In this document: positions 1 through 9,423 of the stretch, one piece after another
Layout: the number at the start of each line of letters is the position of its first letter
How positions within the stretch are numbered: the stretch's first letter is position 1
Source of the DNA: an uncultured bacterium
GTDB lineage: Bacteria; Acidobacteriota; HRBIN11; JAKEFK01
Assembly: GCA_963777505.1 (NCBI GenBank)
Contig: CAVZQN010000007.1
Location: forward strand, 32,001 to 96,000
DNA length: 64,000 nt
Reading direction: 5' to 3'
Program-made: the position numbers and the translations under genes
Notes under the pieces: generated by a model
The model's database searches: none
What the model was told of the DNA's origin: nothing
The model's input: only the letters and a program-made list of their open reading frames with translations

Positions 1-1
1 G

Positions 2-160
2 CGTGGCGGAACATTTCGCTACAACAATTCAGACCATTCGATCGAAATGGGCTTGATGGCCGCAGAAAATTTGCTGGGTGCCTCGTATCGAATTGATTCT
101 GTAAATGAAGCACAGGAATACCTGGAAGAAAAACGTCTAGACCCCGTATCACCGCGTTAA
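2..160 (+). CDS. C-terminal fragment of FAD-dependent oxidoreductase (protoporphyrinogen oxidase / UDP-galactopyranose mutase-like), truncated by window edge
   Basis: Manual translation RGGTFRYNNSDHSIEMGLMAAENLLG...EYLEEK..R*; the GRxGxxRYNNxDHS motif is typical of this family's C-terminus. Confidence 0.75.
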   Translation, partial: RGGTFRYNNSDHSIEMGLMAAENLLGASYRIDSVNEAQEYLEEKRLDPVSPR

Positions 161-166
161 ACCTTT

Positions 167-290
167 TGTAGTAAGGCACGCAGCCGAGCGAATGCGAGGC
201 AGTGCCGTGAGCTTCTAAAGTCTATGGTTTGATAATTTACGGCACTGCTTCGTCTGCCTTCGGCAGACTTCAGCTGCGTGCCTTACTACA
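167..290. repeat. Inverted pair of GTAG-type REP-like elements (REPIN-like hairpin)
   Basis: TGTAGTAAGGCACGCAGC...GCAGTGCCGT (167-208) and its inverse ACGGCACTGC...GCTGCGTGCCTTACTACA (239-290), between convergent genes; third copy at 18076-18115. Confidence 0.8.
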
Positions 291-295
291 AATGG

Positions 296-1507
296 CTACT
301 TCAGGTTATAAATCGTTGTATCAGGATTGTAGTTCTTCCAATCAAACCAATAATCTTTAAGGGTGTAAATCTTCTGCAATTTTTGTCCCGCAAGAGGACC
401 AGACAAAGCCAATCCGGTAAAATCCCATCGTGAAGCCGTTTGTGAATCGGTCATTTGAAATTCATTTCCATCGACTTGAAAAAAATCCAGAACCTGTCCA
501 TTGATTTTTCGATAAAATGCCCGGACCGATTTTCCATCTGAGTGCAGCACAACACTGATCGGCTCACCGCCAACTGAATCCAAAATTAATTTTTGCTTCT
601 GTAGAATTTCAATCGGATATGCTTTCGCAGAGTTGTCCACTGTGAGACCAACGATCAAGGTTCTGGCAGTCACCCCATCTCCTGCTGGATTGATCACGAT
701 AGGCATAGTCTTCATCCGTTCTTCCCAATCTACCTTCGCATAGTCCCCTGCCTTTACGATTTCAGGAACGGGGCGTAGTACGCGTCCGCTTTTGTTTTCC
801 GCCTTCCATGTCGCGAATGTTAATTCATCATGGTCTATCAACTTTAGGCGCTTTCCTTTGAGGGGACCTTGAATTGCCTCACCCGAAACTTGCTGCCACC
901 AGCTTTTTGTTTCACGGTCCTGCATTATGAAGTTTTGGTTATTAATTCCGAATAAATTGAAATGCAGAATCTTTCCGTCAACATCGGCTTCCCACACCAG
1001 ACCGGTGTGACAGAGCGTTCAATAGGTAGCCACTATGGGCTTTCCTCCAACTGTATCGTTTACAAGATGGTGGTAGGCAAGCAAGCGCACTGGATAAGCA
1101 ACTGCATCCCCGTTGATACTCATCGAAAGAACCATATCGCTACCAGTAGTAAACTCTTGTTCGGAAGCTCGGACATACGCAGCATCAGGCAACGGATTGA
1201 ACATCCACTCGAAATAATTCTGCTGAGCAAACCACGCAAACACTCCTGAGACCAGTACCACGAACACTGCAGCAATCTTTTTCCACCATCGATTTGTACG
1301 CTTCAGCAGGATTGCCAGAAAGACCACATTCGCAACAAAGAAGATTATCGTCAGAATGGGCGACCATCTGCGCAGGAGATACGAAAGCTCAACGCCGTCA
1401 GGTGTTTGTGCCTTGAAAGGTTGAATGATCCAGGCAGGCACAAAAATGGAAATGAAAGCAATCGTTGTGCATAAAACGATACCAACCCAGAGCGACTTTG
1501 TTTTCAT
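296..1507 (-). CDS. DUF3179-family membrane-anchored probable selenoprotein (403 aa; TGA at 1019-1021 read as Sec, UxxC)
   Basis: ORFs 1019..1507 and 296..997 share a frame; read-through gives PIVATY-U-TLCHTGLVW, matching the family TYCxLC motif; AYP..HH..ND, DRETKSWWQQ..GEAI.GPL.G and WFDW motifs; SECIS-like hairpin follows the TGA. Confidence 0.85.
993..1009 (-). promoter_or_regulatory. Putative bacterial SECIS element
   Basis: Minus strand TGA-ACGCTCTGT-CACACC-GGTCT-GGTGTG: 6-bp stem with GGUCU loop, resembling the E. coli fdhF SECIS loop, at a plausible distance from UGA. Confidence 0.7.
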
Positions 1508-1601
1508 CAGAAGAATTCTAACTAAGAACGAGGGCCTAAGCCAGGGACATCTTTCCTAAATCATTGATTCCTTGGGCATTATGATTAGAGTAAATGGAAA
1601 C

Positions 1602-2471
1602 ATGAAAATTACTGTTATTGTGGCTGCAAAGAATGCTTCATCGATGATCAAAGAGAGTCTTACTGCATGGAAAAATCAACTGCATAACACCGATGAAATC
1701 ATTGTCTCAAATGCTTCCGATGAATCCACAGCTGAAATTGTTCGCCGGGAATTTCCTTCAGCAATACTGCTCAACTTAGACAAAAATGCCTTGATTCCCG
1801 AACTTTGGGCTGCAGCTATTCCACAATCAACAGGCGAGCTTATAGCAATTACAATCGCAAATTGCGTGCCGCGCAGCACATGGATCAAACACGCGCGAAT
1901 CTTGATTGCCTCGGGACTTTCAGGTGCCGGTGGTGCAATCGAAAATCACAGACAGGCTTCTCTCGCTGATACCGCTGTTTATTTCTCCAGGTACTGGCGC
2001 TACCTTCCTCCCTTTATCGCAAAGGAGACAGATGATCTTCCCGCCGATAATGTCGTTTACAAAACATCAGATTTATTGAAGTATCGAATGCTATTCAAGG
2101 ATGGCTTTTGGGACCATGAAATCAATAAGCAAATGATCGAAGAAGGAATGCATCTCCTCATTACACCGAATCTTACTGCATCCCACAAATATGGAGCCGG
2201 TTTTTTTTCGTTCTTTGCAAACAGATTTCACCATGGCTTTCACTTCGGGCGCGCGCGTTGCGAAGAGTTTGGTATTCCCAAAAGAATTCTTTATGTCCTG
2301 GCTGCTCCTGTCATTCCATTCGTACTCTTGTACCGCATTTGGAACGCCACAAAGGTTGATACAAGACAAAGGCGGTCCCTGACGCGCGTTGTGCCGCTTC
2401 TTCTTCCTTTCTTAATTGCATGGAGTATCGGAGAAGTTTTCGGATATATAGCAGGTCCACTTCAAGCTTGA
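1602..2471 (+). CDS. Glycosyltransferase family 2-like protein with C-terminal membrane segments
   Basis: N-terminal ITVIVAAKN..IKESL..EIIV GT-A pattern; hydrophobic C-terminus; canonical DxD is not evident. Confidence 0.7.
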   Translation: MKITVIVAAKNASSMIKESLTAWKNQLHNTDEIIVSNASDESTAEIVRREFPSAILLNLDKNALIPELWAAAIPQSTGELIAITIANCVPRSTWIKHARILIASGLSGAGGAIENHRQASLADTAVYFSRYWRYLPPFIAKETDDLPADNVVYKTSDLLKYRMLFKDGFWDHEINKQMIEEGMHLLITPNLTASHKYGAGFFSFFANRFHHGFHFGRARCEEFGIPKRILYVLAAPVIPFVLLYRIWNATKVDTRQRRSLTRVVPLLLPFLIAWSIGEVFGYIAGPLQA

Positions 2472-2479
2472 GTTAAGAT

Positions 2480-2507
2480 GGAAGAAATCGGCAACTATTG
2501 AGTCTAA
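2480..2507 (+). promoter_or_regulatory. Possible ECF (sigmaE-type) autoregulatory promoter
   Basis: GGAAG-N17-GTCTAA directly upstream of the ECF sigma gene. Confidence 0.4.
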
Positions 2508-2519
2508 TAATACGAAAGC

Positions 2520-3125
2520 ATGTTTAAGAAGCTTTTTGCTATCAAGAAGCTGTTTCCCGTTGAACCTGAACTCGATCCCGAGGAAATCAGCTTAATCCGT
2601 GCAGCTCAGCGTGGCGATCATGGTGCATTTCAGCAGTTGTATGAATCCTACCATCAGCGTTTTTATAACCTTGCCTACTACACGCTCAAGGACAAACAAC
2701 TGACTGAAGATACAGTGCAAACAATTTTTTTGAAGATCTATCGCGGGCTGCCTACCTATAGATTTGAATCAAGTTTCTTAACTTGGGCTTACAAAATTGC
2801 GATGAATGAAGCTAGAAATCAACTCAGGAACAAGAAAAATGATCTGCCGCTTGCAGTCCTTAACGGAAGCATTCATGAGATCCATGAAAAGGCGGGTCCG
2901 CATGAAGAGCACATGATTCAACAGCGTGAAGAGATTGTAAGACGCGCAGTCCTGGAACTCACGCCAAAGTTAAGAACTGTAATCGTTCTTAAATACGTAA
3001 ATGGATTGTCATATGACGAAATTGCATCCATTCTGAATTGTTCCCAGGGAACCGTAGCTTCACGATTAAATCGAGCTGTAGAAAAACTGGAGTCAATCCT
3101 GTCACCTTTCAGGAGTCTCCTGTAG
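2520..3125 (+). CDS. ECF sigma-70 family sigma factor
   Basis: AQRGDHGAFQQLY, EDTVQTIF, FLTWAYKIAMNEARN, LSYDEIASILNCSQGTVASRLNRA. Confidence 0.95.
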   Translation: MFKKLFAIKKLFPVEPELDPEEISLIRAAQRGDHGAFQQLYESYHQRFYNLAYYTLKDKQLTEDTVQTIFLKIYRGLPTYRFESSFLTWAYKIAMNEARNQLRNKKNDLPLAVLNGSIHEIHEKAGPHEEHMIQQREEIVRRAVLELTPKLRTVIVLKYVNGLSYDEIASILNCSQGTVASRLNRAVEKLESILSPFRSLL

Positions 3126-3135
3126 GAAGGTTTCT

Positions 3136-3798
3136 ATGAGATGTTTTCGGATCGGATATTCCAAAAAACTAATGCAGTATATTCATGACTCACTTTCTCC
3201 ACGTGAAACTCAAAATGTGGAGCAGCACGTTTCACAATGTAATTCCTGCAACACAAAGCTAAAACAATTAATGGAAGGAAATTCGCTTGCAAAGCTGATT
3301 CCTGTAATCCAAACACAACAAGATGGCTGGACAAAACTACAAGAGGCGATTTCAAACAATCAGGATGCCGTAAATTCAAAACCCTCTTCGATGGTTCTTC
3401 GAGCCAGTGTTGCTATTGTCTTTCTTTCCGTTGTGAGTTTCTTTTTATGGCGGGCTGCAGAAATGTCTTCTGACAAAATATCCGGACTTGAAGCCTATCG
3501 ATATCGCGAAGTTACAATTCGAAAAATGCCGGAAAATACGGAACCACATGTGGTTACCGAAGGTTACATCAGCGAAGTACGGGTTGATCATCACGACGGG
3601 GATCTTGTTTTTAAACTTGTTGAGAGTCTTGAGAGCCCTACTCCATTTGTGATTTGCGAAATTATTCCACCATTCCGCCTCGATAAGCCCGAGGTTGGCA
3701 ATAAAGTGCGGGTCTATGGTGTCAGCAGGTTTGATCCCAAAGAAAATCATCAATGGTATGAAGTCCATCCTGTTATGGGGATAGAAAAGGTCGAGTAA
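3136..3798 (+). CDS. Zinc-binding (zf-HC2/ZAS) anti-sigma factor with TM helix and extracytoplasmic OB-fold-like domain
   Basis: HVSQCNSC motif, one TM helix, beta-rich C-terminus (DGDLVF..ICEIIP..WYEVHPV); directly follows the ECF gene. Confidence 0.85.
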   Translation: MRCFRIGYSKKLMQYIHDSLSPRETQNVEQHVSQCNSCNTKLKQLMEGNSLAKLIPVIQTQQDGWTKLQEAISNNQDAVNSKPSSMVLRASVAIVFLSVVSFFLWRAAEMSSDKISGLEAYRYREVTIRKMPENTEPHVVTEGYISEVRVDHHDGDLVFKLVESLESPTPFVICEIIPPFRLDKPEVGNKVRVYGVSRFDPKENHQWYEVHPVMGIEKVE

Positions 3799-3841
3799 TT
3801 ATTCAGCTCTTAAAATAAATGTTCAAGGGGTAAATGAGACT

Positions 3842-6024
3842 ATGAGACGTTTCTTTATGATTTTGATTGCTGCGTTCTTTTCAACCGTAGCAAATGCAGA
3901 AGAGATTGAAGTAGTAGGAAATGTAAAACGAAGTGGGGGAATACCAATTTCGAATGCCACAATCTCAATCGAGCAGGCGGAGATTACAACTGAAACTGAC
4001 GCAGGATGGAAATTTTTCTTTGAGATTGCCAAGCGGAACTTACACGATTGTCGTAGAAGCGGCAGGCTACGAAGTACTCGGACAAAGCTTTACTACAAAC
4101 GATTCACAAAGCATGCAGCTGGAATTTTCGCTTATGCCAAAATATTTGGCCTTTGAGGAAATTGTTGTAGGAAAAGAAGCTTCCGAAAGTGCTGTCTCAG
4201 TTTCTTCACCAACCACAGTCGTAGATCCTGAACGTCAAAAAAGATCAAGTTCAGTTCTGAGCGCCGTAACGAGTGTCGCAGGAGTCGCACCACTCGGACA
4301 AGGTGGATTATTTCAGGTTCCAAGTATTCGTGGAGCAGCACGAGAAAGAACGATCCTGATGCTTGAATCAGTACGCGTTACATCAGAACGAAGAACCGGG
4401 CCAAGTTTTTCTTTTGTTGATCCGCTCATGCTTGATCGTATTACTGTTACGCGCGGACCAGCTCCTGTTCTTTATGGCTCGAATGGTGAGACCGGTCTGA
4501 TTCAATCTACTCTGTTAGAGCCAAATTCAATCTCTTCTGACATAGCTTTTCAAACCGGCTATCTCAGCAATATTAACGAAAACTGGCAAGCACTTTCATT
4601 TAAAGACGGATCCGAAAGCTTCCAGTATTCGCTAGGCGTTGCTCGAAGAGAAGCTGATACTTTTGAATCAGGCGATGGTCAAGAATTCTCATCAGGTTAT
4701 ACGCGTGTTAATTTACTGGCAAAAGGCCGATGGTTTTCAGATGCCGGAACATTAACATTCCTCGTTCTTCCATCCTGGACTGACGATATTGAAAAAGCCA
4801 GCAGCGACGCAGTTACGAGACCGACTCTCTATCCCGAAGAAAGACATCAGGTTTATTCAATCGATTGGCAAAACCGACTGCTGCAGGGTTTGTACAGTTA
4901 TCAGGTTCAAGGCTGGTACCATCCCAATTCATTGATTACACAAGATTCACAGCTTGCAGAGGATGGAGCTTTGACATCACGAAACCTCGTTTTTAACGAC
5001 ACAGATGATTATGGAATCCGGTTCCGTTTTGGCCGAACGTTTGCAGAAACGTGGACGCTTTGGACAGGAGTCGATCATTTTGGACGTACAAACGTGAACG
5101 CAAGCCAGGAATCCTTTGCCCCTAACGAAACAGGAAATTTAGAGCTTGTAAATGCTTTCGATTCGATTCAAAACGGAAGTTATTCTGATACAGGATTATT
5201 TTTTACCGGCAATGGAAATCTTGGAAAACTGATTACAAACTACGGTGTACGCTTCCAACGTACAGCCACTGAAAATCATGTAGCCCAGGAAATTTCAGAT
5301 TCAGAAAATAATTGGAGTGGAAATTTCGGAGCGAGCTTTCCATTTACTGAAAATTGGGATGCGATTTTTAACGTTGGTCGCGGAATTCGTCCTGCCACAA
5401 TCAGTGAGTTGTTTTTTACGGGTGAAACAGGACGCGGCAGCATCACAGGCAATCCAAATCTTGTGACTGAATCCAATTTCGAAGTGGATGGTGGTATCCG
5501 TTATCACCGCGCCAATGCGTTCGGCGGCCTCTATGTATTCCACAACGATATTGACGATTTTATCGCGCGTGTGCGTATCGCGGACGGAAGCTTTACTTAT
5601 TTCAATTTACCCGAAGTCAAAATCTATGGAATCGAAGGAGAAGGCCATTATCGTTGGGATGCTTTGCGATTCTATGGAAACTTTCATTCAATCGTAGGCC
5701 ACGATGGTCTTGATGTGGACGTTAATGATATTCCGCCTTCAAGACTCGTTGGCGGAATTGAATATGGAACTTTCGGAAGTCGATGGAATGCTTCAATGGA
5801 AGTTGTTCGACAATTCGAAAAATCAGATCCTGGTCCAGACGAATTACTAAGAGAAGCCGCTTGGGTTCTCAATGCATCAGCAGAAGTTGGATTGCTTGCA
5901 AAACCTGAGAATCCGTGTCTCCGGTTTGAATCTAACCAATGAAACATATTTCGACAGCGCCGACAATCGTGCGCCACTTGCGTGGGGCCGCAGTCTTGGC
6001 GCGGAGCTTCTGGTAGATTTCTAA
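3842..6024 (+). CDS. TonB-dependent outer-membrane receptor (two apparent frameshifts near 4005 and 5897)
   Basis: Signal peptide and carboxypeptidase-regulatory-like domain (3842 ORF) join the plug/barrel ORF 3933..5942 (SIRGA, RITVTRGPAPVLYGS, GNPNL.TE); the alternative frame at the end gives NLTNETY...GRSLGAELLVDF* with terminal Phe. Confidence 0.9.
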
Positions 6025-6068
6025 ACCAAAGGTCTCATAACCCTATCAAGTATCGTTCCTGGCGGTCT

Positions 6069-6818
6069 TCACGGGCCGCCAGGAAATTTTATATCAAGTG
6101 GAACCCCGCGGTAAACTGTGACCCCAGAACCATCCGCTGCAAACGTCGACAATGGTTCACATAAAAGATACTTGCCGAAAACAGAACCGTATAGTGCGTT
6201 CACATCACATTCAAACGAAAACTTTGCCGCTTTCCAAACTCTCCAATGTGGATGTTCTACCTTATACTCAATTGAAGTGCCATCCGATTGCTTCGTGTAA
6301 CCCCAATAATGCTGTGTAATAAATTCTTCAAGCGAGTTATTTGACGGAAAATCCGGAATGCCATCTACCTGAGCACTTAGATGACACCACTTATTTTCAA
6401 ATTTCCATTCATAGGAAAAACTTCCTGCCTGGTTTTGACACGGCGTTACAATATTGCTTCTTGTAGGCATTGAGATGTATGGTTCCTCATAAAGCCCACG
6501 CGCAACTAACGCAATTGCAGGCTTTGGAACAATCTCGCGAATGAAGACGACTCCACGCCTTATTTCATTTTGGTGCTGTCGACGAACATAAAAACGTAAA
6601 TTAATTTCTTCAAAATTTCGATGCAGCGGAATCGGAATGCCATAAACTTTTGTATTCAGAAATTGGAAAGCGACGATACTCACATACGTTGTGCCTTGAA
6701 AACTATCCAGCACAGTTCCTACCGGCACATATTGCTTTAATACTTCAGGATCAATTGCGAAATTTGCCATAACGAGATTTTCCCATTCAGCTTTCAGAAA
6801 TTTACCAGGGGCTTTCAT
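6069..6818 (-). CDS. YqjF/DUF2071 family protein
   Basis: AEWENLVMANF, FEEINLRFYV, RRGVVFIREIVP, YKVEHPHW. Confidence 0.9.
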   Translation of the reverse strand: MKAPGKFLKAEWENLVMANFAIDPEVLKQYVPVGTVLDSFQGTTYVSIVAFQFLNTKVYGIPIPLHRNFEEINLRFYVRRQHQNEIRRGVVFIREIVPKPAIALVARGLYEEPYISMPTRSNIVTPCQNQAGSFSYEWKFENKWCHLSAQVDGIPDFPSNNSLEEFITQHYWGYTKQSDGTSIEYKVEHPHWRVWKAAKFSFECDVNALYGSVFGKYLLCEPLSTFAADGSGVTVYRGVPLDIKFPGGP

Positions 6819-6944
6819 TTCTGTTAACCTCATGAGTGGCAAGCTTCATTGTCAATTATTCTCTGACATGAAATCTGCGAACCCCACTACAGCATGAGTT
6901 TGTAGTTTACTTAGCTTTAAACAAATCACCAAGGAGGTGGCAGA

Positions 6945-7097
6945 ATGATAACAATCCTGATAGTTGTTTTAGTATTGCTGCTTGTTGGCGCACTCCCCAA
7001 TTGGGGTCACAGCAGAAGCTGGGGATATGGGCCTAGCGGCGTTCTGGGATTGATCGTTGTGGTGTTACTAATTCTATTTCTGATGGGGAGAATATAA
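6945..7097 (+). CDS. DUF3309 family small membrane protein (50 aa; not in ORF track)
   Basis: AGGAGG RBS, then MITILIVVLVLLLVGALPNWGHSRSWGYGPSGVLGLIVVVLLILFLMGRI*. Confidence 0.92.
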   Translation: MITILIVVLVLLLVGALPNWGHSRSWGYGPSGVLGLIVVVLLILFLMGRI

Positions 7098-7141
7098 GGA
7101 CACTCACGATAGAGTTTCTATCTATTCAATCATCTTGCAGG

Positions 7142-7168
7142 GCGGCTTGTGAAGCCGCCTTTTCTTTT
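7142..7168 (+). terminator. Intrinsic terminator (probably bidirectional)
   Basis: GGCGGCTT-GTG-AAGCCGCC followed by a T-rich tract, between convergent genes. Confidence 0.7.
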
Positions 7169-7171
7169 AAA

Positions 7172-7576
7172 CTATTGGACTTCGCTAAAAGTTCCCTTTT
7201 CTAGAGTACATCGTCTCTTCGAACCTGAATTGTAAGTAATAAACGCGGAAACTGTAGACTTTGAGAAATCCAGTATCTGGCTCACTGTGATTCCTGACTT
7301 TTCAAGCCAGTTAATAAAGTAAATGTCAGGTGCGATCTCTAACGACTGAATTTTTTCGACGCCTTTTTCCCCTTTTGCTGGACCGGAGAGCGCTTCCCAT
7401 TGAAGTTCTGTGGACGTCTTATAGTCACCACTAATTTCTAAACCATTCTCATAATGCAATAAAATCTTTTTACCTTCGAATCTCATCTTTCTCTCCTGTG
7501 CCTGTGGGATGGTTAGACTTGAGCTGCATACCGACCAAAACACAATTAAAAATAGGGCGCGCTTCAAAAAAAACAT
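7172..7576 (-). CDS. Exported MoaF/phenolic-acid-decarboxylase-like beta-barrel protein
   Basis: Signal peptide; YENG, W..LSGP.KG, IYFINWLEKSGITVSQILDF. Confidence 0.65.
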   Translation of the reverse strand: MFFLKRALFLIVFWSVCSSSLTIPQAQERKMRFEGKKILLHYENGLEISGDYKTSTELQWEALSGPAKGEKGVEKIQSLEIAPDIYFINWLEKSGITVSQILDFSKSTVSAFITYNSGSKRRCTLEKGTFSEVQ

Positions 7577-7640
7577 TAACCCTCCTGACAGATCATAAAA
7601 ATGAAAGAATAATTATTCCTCATTTCCAAGGTCAATATCA

Positions 7641-7676
7641 TTGACTTTAATCAATTAATTGATTGCTTTTAGTCAA
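7641..7676. promoter_or_regulatory. Putative MarR operator repeats
   Basis: Imperfect palindromes TTGACTTTAATCAA and TTGCTTTTAGTCAA in the divergent promoter of a MarR-GNAT gene. Confidence 0.55.
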
Positions 7677-7714
7677 CTAATAGTGATATAGTCGTAAACG
7701 CAAGGTAGAGTCAC

Positions 7715-8644
7715 ATGCCTGAAACCCGCATTGATGCACGGATCGAATACATACGCCACTTTAATCGATTTTACACCCAGAAGATCGGGGTTTTGCAAGA
7801 AGGTCTTCTGAAAAGCCCTTTTTCCCTAACCCAGCTTCGTGTTTTGTATGAGCTGGCCTATCGTGAACACATTTCGGCGGCAGAACTCTGTCAGGATTTG
7901 AACCTGGATGCGGGCTATCTGAGCAGGATCCTTACTGACTTTGAAAATCGTGGCTTCATTGAACGAAAACAATCAAAGGAAGACGGTAGACAAAACACAC
8001 TTGAGCTCACAAAAAAAGGGCATGATGCTTTTGAACCATTAAACACCCGCTCCCATGAGGAAATTGGCGAACTACTTTCGACCCTCTCAGTCGCCGATCA
8101 AATAAAGATGGTTGATGCAATGAAAGCAATTGAAACGATGCTTGAGACTAAGCCTGAAAAGAAACCCGCTTACATTTTGCGTCCACACCAACCAGGAGAT
8201 ATGGGTTGGGTCGTTTATCGGCATGGAGTGTTGTACTCGCAAGAGTATGGATGGGATGAACAATTTGAAGCGTTAGTTGCAACAATTGTCGCAAATTTTT
8301 TGAAACGCTTTGATGCAAAACGCGAACGCTGCTGGATTGCAGAAAAAGATGGAGAAATTGTGGGTTCTGTTTTTCTGGTAAAACGTTCGAAAAATATAGC
8401 ACAGCTTCGGATGCTTTACGTAGAACCTTCCGCACGAGGTTTGGGTATTGGTGGACGCCTTGTGAGCGAATGTGTACGTTTCGCCAAACAGTCGGGATAT
8501 AAAAAAATAGTCCTATGGACGAATAACATTTTGCACGCGGCAAGAAAGATTTACGAAGCACAAGGATTTCAAATCACAAAGAAAGAGCCAGAACATGCTT
8601 TTGGCCATGATATGGTTTTTGAAACCTGGGAACTGGAGCTCTGA
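7715..8644 (+). CDS. Bifunctional MarR HTH transcriptional regulator / GNAT N-acetyltransferase
   Basis: IRHFNRFYT..LRVLYEL..LDAGYLSRIL wHTH; C-terminal LYVEPSARGLGIG acetyl-CoA motif. Confidence 0.95.
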   Translation: MPETRIDARIEYIRHFNRFYTQKIGVLQEGLLKSPFSLTQLRVLYELAYREHISAAELCQDLNLDAGYLSRILTDFENRGFIERKQSKEDGRQNTLELTKKGHDAFEPLNTRSHEEIGELLSTLSVADQIKMVDAMKAIETMLETKPEKKPAYILRPHQPGDMGWVVYRHGVLYSQEYGWDEQFEALVATIVANFLKRFDAKRERCWIAEKDGEIVGSVFLVKRSKNIAQLRMLYVEPSARGLGIGGRLVSECVRFAKQSGYKKIVLWTNNILHAARKIYEAQGFQITKKEPEHAFGHDMVFETWELEL

Positions 8645-8647
8645 TGT

Positions 8648-8672
8648 GTGATACGAGATGCTGGATGCGGGA
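8648..8672. repeat. Short degenerate heptamer tandem repeat
   Basis: GATACGA-GATGCTG-GATGCGG-GAT between convergent genes; related (reverse complement) to the repeat at 9430-9462. Confidence 0.5.
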
Positions 8673-9389
8673 TTAGACTTTTTTCCATACAATGTCGATT
8701 CCCTCCCTTCGAAATAACATGCCGCTCACATTGCCTGATTTATCAGTAGCAAATAGGATCCGGCTGCGAGGCGAACCTTTCCGGAAGAAAACATTCTCCG
8801 TTTCTGAAAATAATTGTTCTTTTTCGCGTCCCGTTCGTTGGCCCATCAGTTTGCCTTGCTCAACACTTAAGATGTAAGTATCCTGCCCAAGCTGATACCG
8901 TCCCGCATATTTTTGCAATGTTTCGGAAGGAACTTCAATAGCCGGAGGATCATTATTAATTGCGATGACTTGCGCAGCGACAAGTTGCCAGTGTCCCTTT
9001 GTGCGAATAAAGGTGCTCGTTTGTAAATAGCGGGCTGTAATTTTTTGCCCAAAAATTTCCATATTCTCCAACTCTCGGACGGTAAGAATGGCTGTGTCAC
9101 CATAAACCTGCGATTTCGCTTCTTCTACCTTGAGGTTTCCAGAATATCCTGGAGGGAGAGGTCCAAAATCTGCTAGCAACTCTTTCTTAGAGTATGTTTT
9201 GCCATTCTCATCGCTGAATAAACACATATCGGACAGATGCTTTTCCCAAACTTCTTTCTTTCCGGCAGCAACTGAATCCAATAACTCATTCAAGATTGCT
9301 ACAAGTTCTTTTTCGATTTCGGCATCTGACGAAAATGAAAACTGTGGAGCGGCCAGAATTAGAAAAAGTAGAAACACAATTTGTTTCAT
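8673..9389 (-). CDS. Exported NTF2-like (DUF4440) + DUF3471 domain protein
   Basis: Signal peptide; VYGDTAI..WQLVAAQV; LQKYAGRYQL. Confidence 0.8.
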   Translation of the reverse strand: MKQIVFLLFLILAAPQFSFSSDAEIEKELVAILNELLDSVAAGKKEVWEKHLSDMCLFSDENGKTYSKKELLADFGPLPPGYSGNLKVEEAKSQVYGDTAILTVRELENMEIFGQKITARYLQTSTFIRTKGHWQLVAAQVIAINNDPPAIEVPSETLQKYAGRYQLGQDTYILSVEQGKLMGQRTGREKEQLFSETENVFFRKGSPRSRILFATDKSGNVSGMLFRREGIDIVWKKV

Positions 9390-9423
9390 GATCTTTGTTC
9401 CTTAGGAGAGAGCGTTAATTGTA

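Noticed and set aside
1019-1021. Nonsense mutation making DUF3179 a pseudogene or two genes
   Set aside because: The TGA falls exactly on the conserved Cys and is followed by a SECIS-like hairpin
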